A DNA stretch of 64,000 nucleotides from Felis catus. Taxonomy: Eukaryota. Position 1 is the stretch's first letter. The number at the start of each line of letters is the position of its first letter. The position numbers were made by a program, and so were the translations under genes. Positions 49,601 to 61,239 of the stretch are shown in pieces. The stretch is taken from NCBI RefSeq assembly GCF_018350175.1, contig NC_058368.1:111416001-111480000 (forward strand), read 5' to 3'. The notes below the pieces were generated by a model. It did not search any database and was not told the DNA's origin. It saw only the letters and a list, made by a program, of their open reading frames with translations.

Positions 49601-51129
49601 CACTAGGATTTCAGTCTAGGTCTCTGACCCTAACGTTTTTGCATTTGACCAGTTGTGCAGTGTGCTCAAAATAAGAGTGACACTTGGGAGGAAAAAAAGC
49701 ATGGATCAACTACCCCTTTGGTTGTGTCTGTTCCTCACAATTCTCATGTCGCTAGTCAAGGGTATTCTTCTGTTGCCTGCAGTGGCTAGAACAGTTAACA
49801 GTCTTTTTCATGAGAAAGTCACGGTGAGTCACATAATGTTCTGGGGCAAAGGACGCCTTTCCTTGGTGCACCGAGCGATGTTTATGTGATGGATCAGTCA
49901 CCAATACCAAGGGAAGGTCCCGTCCTGTGACATGTGCGTGCTTGGCAATGATCTTGCTATGCATTTTGCTTAATAATTTTCATTATTTTTAATTAAAGTT
50001 GAAGAAGTGCAGACTCTAGCTGAAATTAAGGTAGGTTGTATTGCCGGAATCTGGTAATTACTTTAATTGATCACAAGATAGTTTCCTTGATCACCAATTA
50101 GACTAAATTGCCGATCATGTTTCAAGACGTGAAGAAATGCCCAAACTGATTTATGTAATAGTGTTTTCATTTCTAATCAGACGTAAATATCGTTTCCTTC
50201 CATAGCAATTGTGTTTTATAAAAGAAGAGTTCTAGGCCTACAAACGTAAAGGTGATTCATAAACAATAGAGTTCTAATTCATTGAATGGGTAAAGGAAGT
50301 ATTTAGAGGCTTAATGGAGATTGTACTGGGGAAATTACTTTGGAGTCGCTGGTGCTCATTTTCTTAGTGGGAGATATGTTCTTTTTTAGTGCATAATTAA
50401 AATAGTCTATAATCAGAATATAAAAGGCAGCAGATTTAAAGAACATATATCAAAGAGAATTGCTCTGAGTAATGAAAGATTTGTATTGTAAGTGTGTGCT
50501 AGAAGTTAAGTCTTAGAACTTAATAAATGATACATGTTATTTGGACTGAAGCTGCTTTTTAAATTCAGGGTGCTTTTAAACATTTCACAGATTGATACAG
50601 GATTTTTGTTTTGGTTTTGTGCATCTGATAGTCTTTCATATTTTCATGGAATAAAATGAAACAAAAGGAACTTTAAGAAAAATTAAAGTTCCCAAAGAAT
50701 ACTTGATTTGGGGTTCACGGAAAAATCTTTTAATTGCTGATGGTTTGGAGATTTCCAAATGACAAACTTCATTGGTCTAATTTACGGTGATTGTAATGCT
50801 TACATTCCTTAACATGGCAGAGTGACTTAAAAAGTCATACTTCATCATGCATTCATTGACTTGTTCATAAAATGTTTGTAATTTGCAATAGAGGAAAGAC
50901 TGAAACTATTATCAGCCATTATATGTTATTTGTTGGCCATATGTTTGTTTGAAATGTCCGTGGCTCAACAGAACATGGCTCATAGACAAACTATGCTGTA
51001 AATTGGCACTAAAAACCCACCTAAACAGGTAGGCCTATGTTAAGAAGTTAACATGAGCCAAAATATTTTAATATGAACCATGTTACATACCCTGTAGTAT
51101 CTCAGCTCCCTTTAGAGTGACATCTTCAT

Positions 51130-54100
51130 TTGCATGGCATCTTTGTTTTTTTTTCCAAACTAACTTTTAAAAATAGAATAGGTGTATGTGTGGTACAAAT
51201 TCAGAAGGCAACCAAGGGTCTAGTAACTCTTTTCCTGTCCCTGATTCTCAACCATCCAGTTTCCCTTCACCTGCTGTCATTCGCTGTTACCAGTTTCTCA
51301 TGTGTGGTTGCCGAGATATTAATGCATGTAGTTTCTTCTCTTTTTGTACAATTCAGACTATTGTTATGCATTTGTTTCTCATTTAGTAATATGTCTTGGA
51401 GGTTTTTCCATGTCAGAAGATAGTTACTTGATTCTTTTCAGTGGCTGCATAGTACTCCAGTGTGTAAATGTACCCTCATCTATTTAATCAGTTTTTTACT
51501 GATGGACCTTTGGCTTTTTCAAATCTATGACTCTTACAAGCTGTGCAGCAGTGACCATTCTTATAATTTATGTATAAGTGTGTCTACAGGACTAATTTCT
51601 AGATGTGTAGTTGTCTAGCTGAAAGGCATGGGCCTTTTTAATTTTGATGAATGTTGTCAAATTTTCTTCCAGAGTGATGATATCAGTTTATGTTCACCAG
51701 AGACATGAGTGCCTTTTCTCCCCTGTCTTCATCAACAGAATATTATCAGACTTTTTGATCTTTACCAAACTGATAGATTTAACTTAGTTTCCCACCCCCA
51801 CCAACTTTCCTGAGATACACTTGACTTAAAACTTAGTATTAATTTGTACTTCTTTTATCATGTATGACTTTGAGCAGTTTTTATGTTTAAGAACCATTTG
51901 ATTTCTTGTGTTATCTGTTATGTCCTTGGCTCATTTAAAAAAATTGGGTGGTTGATCTTTTTCATATTAATTTGTAGGAATTATTCATGTTGAGGAAATA
52001 TGTACTGCAAGTACAGCTTACTGTTTGTCTTTTAATTTTGTTTGTTGGTTTTTATTGCCATACAGAAAAAAAATTTAATGTAGTAATATTTACCTGTTTT
52101 TTAGTAGTGGTGTAAAGTTTTCTGCCTATAGAATTCATACATTTCTTGTTAAGTTTATTCCTAGATAATTTTTGGTGCCATTTTAGATGGGATCTTTTCT
52201 TCTAATATATTTTCTAATTAGTTGTTGTTAGTATAAAAAGGCTTTTTTTTTTTTTTTTTTTTGGCTTGACTTTACTTGGGAATCGTCTTGACTTTAATGG
52301 GAATATTCTACTATTTCCCTTTTAAGAATAATATTACCTTTTGGACTGAGACTGTGTTCCTTTATTTAAAGAGGGGTCCAATTTGGGTTCTTACTAATTG
52401 TTGTTATGATGAACAAACAGTGATGATTACCCATGTAGCCAATTTTGGTATGTACATTTTGATGCTGTGGTTACATGTTCCTGTATTACCCTCCAAATAG
52501 AAAGCAATTTTTGTACTCATTACTTGCTATAAAGAGAAAACAATTGATAACAACAAAAAGAGAGGCCATATATTCTTATTTCATTAAGAGTTTTAATACA
52601 TAAGAAATACTGAATTTATCAAATATCTTTTCAGAATTTGTAGAAGTCATGATTTTTCTCTTGATTGGTTAATATGGTGAAATATATCATTATATTTCTT
52701 ATATTGAGCATTCCTTAGAATAAATCCCATTTGTTCATGGTGTTTTGCTAGGTTTTCTTTGTTAAGATTTTACTTAATGTGAGATCAATCTATAGTTTTA
52801 TTATTATATGCTATCTTTGTGGGAATTTGGAGACAGTGTTATGGTAGTTTATAAAAATAATTTGGACATGTTCCACTTTTTCTATGCTCTGGAACAATTT
52901 AGTTAGTATTAGGGTTAACTCTGCTTTCAAGGTTTTATAGAATTTTTCTTTGAAATGACTGGGAACTGTTACTTTCGGTGTCACTCTCGTTTGTATGTTT
53001 TTGTCTTCTGGGATCAGTTTTGATAATTTTTATGAAGGAACTATTTTACCTATGTTTCGAAATTTATTTGTATAAATATTTCTATCTGTTTAAAATTACT
53101 TTTTTGTATGTTTTGAAAAAAATTTTAAATGTTTATTTATTTTGAGAGTAAGCAGGGGTGGGGTAGGGACAGAGAGAGAGAGAGACAGAAGATCCAAAGC
53201 AGGCTCTGTGCTGATAGCAGTGAGGTTGATGTGGGGCTTGAACTCATAAACTGTGAGATCATGACCTGAGCTGAAGTTGGATGCTTAACTGACTGAGCCA
53301 TCCAGGTGCCCCGAAGTATCTTATTTGCTGTTACATAATTTTTACAGCTTTTGGATTTATTAGTTCTGCCATTTTTCTTTCATGTTCATTTACATCTGCT
53401 GTTCTCTTTATAGTCATTCTTGTTCTCCTGCCTTCATTAATTTTTATTTATTTGTTTATGAATTTATTTGTTTTTACTCTTTCATTTTCTTAAGCATGTA
53501 AAGATGTTTATTCTGATCATTGCTTTACACATATCCTGTATGTAGTGCATACATTATTAATTTCTATTCAGTTTCAGTTGTGATTTCTTCTTTTAATCAA
53601 GAATTTAAAAGGAGGATTTAAAAAAATTTCCAGGTAGTACTTTTTGCTACTTTTGTTTTTAATTTAATCAGAGGATGTCGTCAGCACTGTTTCTACTTTT
53701 TGGAATTTATTGAGATTTTCTTTGTGGGCCAATATATGTTCAATTTCTGTGAGCATTCAGTAAATATTTTATTTTATTTAAAATTTTTTTTTAATGTTTA
53801 TTTATTTTTGAGAGAGAGACAGAATGCGAGTGGGTTGGGGCAGAGAGAGAGGGAGGCACAGAATCCGAAGCAGGGTCCAGGCTCTGAGCTGTCAGCACAG
53901 AGCCTGACACGGGGCTTGAACTCATGAGCCTTTGAGCTGTGAGATCATGACCTGAGCCGAAGTTGACCACTTAACTGACTGAGCCACCCAGGCACCCCTC
54001 TGCCTCATTGATTTTGTTGCTATGTTATTTGTAGTATAGCTATTCATAATTATTCAATCCTCATTGAAGATACACTTTATACATTAAAAAAAATTTTTTT

Positions 54101-56000
54101 TACGTTTGCCTGTGTCTTTATTTCCAGCATTTGAGGTTTGCTTTGTGATTCATGTAGTTTTCTCTTCTTCTTCATTTTTTTTTTGGATAGGGGATAGGGG
54201 CAGAGAGAGATTCTTAAGCAGTCTCCATGCCCAACCCAGAGCCCAACGAGGGCTTCTTTCCCACGACTGTGAGATCATGACCTGAACCGAAATCAAGAGT
54301 TGGACACTCATTCAAACCCTTTTTTCTTTTTAAGTTTTATTTATTTTTATTTTTTAAGTTTTTACTTATTATGCAGTAGTCTCTGCACCCAATGTGGAGC
54401 TCGAATTCATGACCCTGAGATCAGGAGTTGCATGTTCCACCACCTGAGCCAGCTAGGTGCCCCAATGTTCTCTTCTTTTCAGTTGGATTATGGCTCTTTA
54501 TGTTTATTGATTGGAAAGATGTTTGGTCTTGTTAACCATGACAGAGCCGATATAATTTTTTCTCCCTTCATTTAAATCATGATGGATTTGTGTTTTCTTT
54601 GCTTCATTTGAATTGTGTTTTCTTTGACCTAATTGTGAATGCTTTTATTATTATTTTTGTTTTTCTTGTGGACGCTATTATACCTATAATTTTACACAGC
54701 ATACTTAATCCTCTATTTCTTTAGATTACATTTATTTTATTTTATTTTATTTTATTTTATTTTATTTTATTTTATTTTATTTTATTTTATTTTATTTTTA
54801 AGTTTATTTATTTTGAGAGAGAGAGAACCAGCGGAAGAAGGGCAGAGGGGGGATAGAAGATCTGAACTGGGTTCCACACTGACAGCAGGGAGCCCAATGC
54901 AGGGCTCAAACTCATGAACTGTGAGATCATGACCTGAGCCAAAGTTGGACGCTCAGCTGACTGAGTCACCCAGGCAGCCCTTTAGATAGCATTTCTTTAG
55001 ATAGTGATATTCCCACTGAGCAATATTAAAATTGAATTTCTACTTTCTTCTACTTTCCCTTCACCATGCAGTTTTGTTTCATTTTATTTTTAGTTTGAGT
55101 GCTTTAAACTTACTTTGGATCTTTCAACTTTCAGACTTTTTAAACTTTCATTTACCTTTTCCATTTCTTCCCCTTTTCTTCCATCTCTTCTAATAGTTAA
55201 TAACATTGCATTGCATTTCATGACTACAGTCCCTGCAGTTGTTTTAAATATATTCCTAGAGCTGAGTCAGTTTGTTGCTTACTGTCTGTACCTTTGGTAC
55301 CATTTTTCCATCCATCTGTAGTTACTTATATTTCATCCTTTAATAAAAATTTCCATAGAAAGGATGAAGAGGATGCATTACATTTGAACAACAGTTTAGT
55401 TGGGTATAAAATTCTTTGCACTTTGGTTTCCTTAAGTCTTTATAGGCATTGCTCCTCTGATTTCTGTGTTAAATGTTGGCACGTGGAAGTTTGAAGTTGG
55501 CCAGGTTATTTTTCTTTGTATAAATGAATTGATCCTTTTGACTAGATGCCAAAAGGATTTTTTAAGTCTTCAAATTCACTAACTTCACTGGGATGTGTAG
55601 AAATGGTTGAATTTTTACAATCGATAGATTTAAATCTTTTATTTCTGGAAAAATTTTTGAGTTATATCTCTAATTTCTTTCTGTGTTTGTTGTTGTCTTA
55701 CTCAAAAAAGTTACCTTTATGTTAGATCTACTTTGTCTTCTGTACTTATTTTTAATTCTTATCAACTCTTATCAATTTCTAGTTCATTTTGTCCATCTTC
55801 TCAGACCTATCCTCTAAGCTTCTCACTGGATTGTTAGTGGTGTCTATTCTGCCTTGGGCTCCTGGCAGTTTTCTTTGATGGAATGGTTTTAGAAAGCCTG
55901 TACTTTTAGCTAGCTCAAGGCTTTTAGGTTCCAACTGGCATTCTGGTAACAAATAGCTAGGGCTGTAAAAAGAAATCTTAGAAAGAAGGGACAGATGCTT
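51130..56000 (-). mobile_element. Old, highly degraded L1M-type element interrupted by five Can-SINEs (53122, 53784, 54175, 54330, 54731) and a (TTTTA)n tail at 54731-54800
   Basis: T-rich antisense L1 texture with recognisable phrases (gtggctgcatagtactcc, aagtttattcctagata, tttctatgctctggaacaattt, gggtataaaattct). Outer boundaries are approximate. Confidence 0.7.
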
Positions 56001-57295
56001 TTCACCATCTGCCAATTTTGCTGTTTATTCCTGTTCCTTCTTTATTAATGCCAGATAATCAGAATTCCCTTTTGAGGTTTTGCTTTTTTCCTCTCCACTC
56101 ATTTCACTTCCTTGCAGAAATCCTTTTTACTTTAATTTGAATGAGTATTGTTATGCATGTTTTTAATTTGTGGATTTAAAAATATTTGGGGGATTATTTG
56201 GTTCTGTTATATGGAAGAAGGATTATGAAATTGTCTCCTTGCTCCCAGAGCAGAAGCAAGCGTTCTCTCCCTAGGGAAGAATTAGTAGTAGATCCTGTGT
56301 AAATGGTTTATTGGGCTTTGTGATATTTAATTAAATGCAAATATTAGGTGACAGTTGAAATATGTAAAGCAGAGGAATACACAGATTTGGAGGATCTTTG
56401 GAAGTGCCCTTTATTTTCCACCCCTTTTACGCCCTATGTAGGTATGGTAGGTTTTTCTTTGGTTAGTGCACCTCTTAGGGTATGAGTATTCTCTTTAAGT
56501 CCTATCTGTTATAGGGTAGATTTTGCTACCATGCTGAGAGCATGCTGGTAATTAAAAATTTGAGGAGCGCTGCTGACTATGTTGAAATCATCCCCTTGAT
56601 CCACTTGGTTCTTTGGAAATAGTAAGGGATGCTAAATGTCACTTTGGACCTTTAGGGTAACATAGTTCAAAGAAATGGTGGCCACAGGGCTTAAGAGCTT
56701 GGGTAACTGACTTTGCCCACCTAATTTCTTATCATTAAGCTGTTTTCCTCAGTCAGTGTGCATCAGGGTATTACTCCATAGTATATTCTCTATTTGTCTG
56801 GGATTTATGGCATGTGGGAAAAGGAAAATGCCATTCTTCTGGAGACACCAACTGGAATCTTCGATTTACAAGACCGTGATTCTCACTTATCGTTGCATTC
56901 TGTAGGGTTTATCATGTGCAGTTTGGCCAGAGCAGTGCATGGTAGCAGTGTGTGCCATTGCTGATCTCTTACTTGGGGCCAGGAGCTGTGCTGAGTGCTT
57001 GTATGTCACCCATCTTATTTTTATTAGGGTGACTACATACTGCTTTTTATTATGATCCCCAGTTTACTGACCAGAGAACCGAGGCTCACGTGACAGGTTG
57101 TAGAGTTGGAATTTAAATTCAGCACTTTCTGGTTCAAAAGCCCCTGCCTTTAATGACTGTATTACTATCTCTCAGGGGGAGTGCTTAACTTTGGAAGCCC
57201 TTTAAAGCTAAACAAGAGTACAGCATTATAGGCAAACAGACTAAAAATTCTCATTATACATCATTTAATGCAGGTTAATTCTGTATTTGAATAAG

Positions 57296-57512
57296 ATTTT
57301 TTTTCAGTTTATTTATTTATTTTGACAGAGAGTGTGAGCAGGGAAGGGGCAGAGAGAGAGAGAGGGAGAGAGAGGGAGAGAGAGAATCCAGAGCAGGCTC
57401 CGTGCTGTTAGCACGGAGCCCGACACAGGGCTCGATCTCATAGAACATGAGATTGTGACCTGAGCCGAAATCAAGAGTCCAGGGCTTAACCGACTGAGCC
57501 ACGCAGGTGCCC
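57296..57512 (-). mobile_element. Can-SINE with TSD ctgtatttgaataag
   Basis: SINEC body with a direct repeat on both sides. Confidence 0.92.
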
Positions 57513-57798
57513 TGTATTTGAATAAGTAAAACAGACTTTCACTTTTGACTTGTTCTTCCCCTCACATAACCTAGAGAATCAGATTATGAAATGAGAAGAG
57601 GTAGGGGAGTGAATATTGTTTTCCACTAATAATTCCATACATGGTTAATTGGATTTTGCTTGAATGTTCTTCCTTTTCCTGACAGGTAAAACCTTCAGGC
57701 CTTTAATATCAAAATGGGAGTCTTTATCCTGAATAAAATCATTCTGTGATAGGAATCATAATGAGTGACACAGAATGGATTAAAAAATGGCATCTTCT

Positions 57799-58518
57799 AG
57801 GGGCACTTGTACCCCAGTGTTTATAGCAGCACTTTCAACAATAGCCAAATTATGGAAAGAGTCTAAATGTCCACCAACTGATGAATGGATAAAGAAATTG
57901 TGGTTTATATACACAATGGAATACTATGTGGCAATGAGAAAGAATGAAATATGGCCTTTTGTAGCAACGTGGATGGAACAGGAGAGTGTTACGCTAAGTG
58001 AAATAAGCCATACAGAGAAAGACAGATACCATATGTTTTCACTCTTATGTGGATCCTGAGAAACTTAACAGAAGACCATGGGGGAGGGGAAGGAAAAAGA
58101 AAACGGTTAGAGAGGGAGGGAGCCAAAACATAAGAGACTCTTAAAAACTGAGAACAAACTGAGGGTTATTGGGGGGTGGGAGGGAGGGGAGGGTGGGTGA
58201 TGGGAACTGAGGAGGGCACCTGTTGGGATGAGCACTGGGTGTTGTATGGAAACCAATTTGACAATAAGTTTCATATTTATTTTTTTTAATTTTTTTTTTC
58301 AACGTTTATTTATTTTTGGGACAGAGAGAGACAGAGCATGAATGGGGGAGGGGCAGAGAGAGAGGGAGACACAGAATCGGAAACAGGCTCCAGGCTCTGA
58401 GCCATCAGCCCAGAGCCTGACGCGGGGCTCGAACTCACGGACCGCGAGATCGTGACCTGGCTGAAGTCGGACGCTTAACCGACTGCGCCACCCAGGCGCC
58501 CCATAAGTTTCATATTTA
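57799..58518 (+). mobile_element. 5'-truncated L1 (ORF2 C-terminus + G-rich 3' UTR) with an antisense SINEC_Fc (58280-58502) nested in its tail
   Basis: ORF 57787..58059 is the L1 ORF2 C-terminus. Outer TSD aaaaaatggcatcttct at 57782-57798 and 58519-58535; inner TSD ataagtttcatattta at 58264-58279 and 58503-58518. Confidence 0.95.
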
Positions 58519-59595
58519 AAAAAATGGCATCTTCTGTATTTATCACTAACTTGGAAATCCACTCTTCTGTCAGTTGGGTGATCTGAAAAACATGGCTCAG
58601 CTAATATCAGATTGGATTTTCTGGATATGGGTAATAAAATTGAATATTTGTTTATGTGGCTACAATGGGTACTGCCCTATGAATTCTATAAATTTGTAGT
58701 TAATGTGCCATTACCTTAGAGTCTTACCGAGTATTTCTGCTTTCTGGACACATGAGAGACAGACCCTCGTATTGTTAGCGATTGCCTTCATAAAAATTGG
58801 AAAACAAGCAAAAGGAAAAAAAGTTTATCGTCCTCTCAGAACAGGTTTGCCTTCCACTTAGCACAATTAGGTGTGCACTTTCCCTGTGGTATGAAGACAG
58901 AGCCCTGCAGGTCTGCACTTAGGCCTGTGGCCAAATCTGCCTCCCTGTGCCCCGAGGAGGTCCGCTTTCTGTTCCTCATGGCCGTGCTGGGCAACAGCGA
59001 GAAGACCCACAGCAGGCAAGACAGTCTTTCCTGTTTCACTCTAGATGTCAAAAAACAGTCTTTTATCCTTTTCTGTCTTCTCTGGGAAATGGGATGGGGA
59101 AGTTTTTCATTTCTGCCAGTGCTTTTGCTTAAGACACACTTGGAAGTTATTTTTCCATAGTCTTGGGGTCGATGCCTTAGTTTGCAACCCAGTCACCAAA
59201 CAAAAGGAGTGGTGACACTGGAAAAGTAACCCATAAGATTGGGATCCAGGTAGTGAGATCCAGGGCACTAGGTTGAAGGGAAATTATTCCCGTGCTATTT
59301 TGGAGGGTCTTGTCCTGAGGACAATTAAACAGTCCAGACAGGTCACTGGGTGAGACCAATTTCCTGGTTTGTTTATTTGAGCCTGATTGTTTTTCACTGT
59401 TGAGCAGCAGTTCACGGTCCTGCTACACCATTCCCCAGCTCTCTGGAAAGCAGTCCCTTTCATATTTGATTTCTCCAGGCTTCCCTAAGGATCCTAGCTT
59501 TGTCTTCATCTGGCTGGATTGCTCTGGTCTCTCTCTGTCTCAGGTCCGGGGTAGAGGGCAGTGCCACTAATCAGTTTCAGCTCCATCTCATGCAG

Positions 59596-59676
59596 GCATT
59601 TGGCTTTATGTCCCGAGTTGCCCTGCAAGCCGAGAAGATGAATCACCACCCGGAATGGTTCAATGTGTATAACAAG
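59596..59676 (+). CDS. PCBD2: PCBD2 exon 3 ([27 protein letters not shown])
   Basis: Acceptor catgcag|GCA and donor AAG|gtaact; 81 nt. Contains the PCD/DCoH catalytic HHPEW motif. Confidence 0.97.
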
Positions 59677-60889
59677 GTAACTAAATTGCCTTATTTGGGG
59701 ATCACCTTAGCTATGGGGTTCAGGAAACTTCATTCTTCCTTGTCATCCTCTGCAGCCAAGTGTCATTGTGCTTTATGAAAGTGTTCTTTCTCATTCTTTT
59801 GCTGAGAATCCCTGGGTATTATTGCAAATTAGTAACAAATTTTCATATCTGCTCAAGAGAGCAATGACAAAGCTCTATTTTCATGCTTGTCTTCTATTGA
59901 AACTAATAGGAGTGAGCTGGGCCAAGTTGGGCTTCTGGATTACACTTGAAAATCAGCCAGGCAGATAAATTTGTGAAAGAAATGGTAGCAAATAAGAAAG
60001 ATAGGGCCTCGTTTGTCTTATTGAAATAAATATGCTCAAGAACTGTGCTTTAAATAATAACTGTTTATTAAATTCTGTATTCTAAGTGGGAACTGGGTTT
60101 CTAAAGACAAAGAGCAGGTGAAAAAGATTTTATGTAGTTTTTTAGGGGCCACAGTAGGGACAATCATGGTACCCCCCGAAAAATGTCCTTGCCTTTATGG
60201 CCATGACATTTGGAATATCTTACCATCTAGATTTCTATGCAGTTCTGTTTTCTCTTTAAAAGTCCTCTTTGAAAAAAGAGAAAATTTCCTGATGTACTTG
60301 GGATTTATTAGAATAATTCAGAACATGCAGGTACCACGATAAACTTTTCTTTCCTAGTTTCCTCTCTTTGTCCATAATTTTGCTTTTGCTTTTTAATTTA
60401 TTTTTCAAGAAGTGACAGTCTGTTCCTCCACCCCACCCCCACCCCACTTCTCTAATTTGGAAATGGGCTTTTCTGAACGTGGTTGCTAAGATATTACATT
60501 TGATAGCTTGGTTTTTCTCAGTGGCCTGAAAATAGTCATGTAATTAAAGTAATGGGAGTTAAAATGGAACCTTAGTCTCTCTCTCTCTCTCTTTTTTTTT
60601 TTTTTTTGAGAGACAAGATTTGAGATGCTGGCAGCTGAATTGCCCTTCATATGAGAGGACCTTTTTATCCCTGGGCGGCTGCTGGGCCCAGCCTGAAGCA
60701 GACTCTGTCCCTGGAGTTTACTGGGTTTTGGAAATGCTGTGATGATTTGTAATGTAATATTTTGTAAATCATTTAACCTCCCTAATTCTCAAATGTGAAT
60801 GTGAATAATAGATTGATTTCTGAACCACCAAAGATGAGTACCATGAATTGCAAGCTACAGGTTTTAAAAACTACCTTTGTGTCTCTTAG

Positions 60890-60985
60890 GTGCAGATAAC
60901 CCTAACCTCGCATGACTATGGTGGACTGACCAAGAGAGATGTGAAACTGGCCAAGTTTATTGAAAAAGCAGCCGCTTCTGTGTGA
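60890..60985 (+). CDS. PCBD2: PCBD2 exon 4 ([31 protein letters not shown])
   Basis: Acceptor tgtgtctcttag|GTG; TGA at 60983-60985. The four exons sum to 130 aa (28+44+27+31), the length I recall for human PCBD2. Confidence 0.97.
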   Translation: MQITLTSHDYGGLTKRDVKLAKFIEKAAASV

Positions 60986-61239
60986 TTTCTTCCAAAATGC
61001 ATGTCAAACCCTGTACACATCTTAGTTGTCATGTATGTTGAAGGCAGTTTACGTGAACAAATTAAGTTGTAAATTTAAGCTCACCTTTTGCACAGTCTTG
61101 TACAATCAGTGCTTAATTACAAAATGATTTAAACTTGAGCCTGAGGTATTTTTCATTATTTCTAATTGTAAACATGAGGCAAACCAACCAAGGTAATTAT
61201 ATTCATAATAGTCAAAGAGAAAAATAGCATTCATTCTCT

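Noticed and set aside
14090..59595. Nested gene, retrocopy or mitochondrial insertion within PCBD2 intron 2
   Set aside because: I recognised no protein, rRNA, snRNA or mtDNA-like sequence by eye. A BLASTX/Rfam search would be needed to exclude small or divergent elements.
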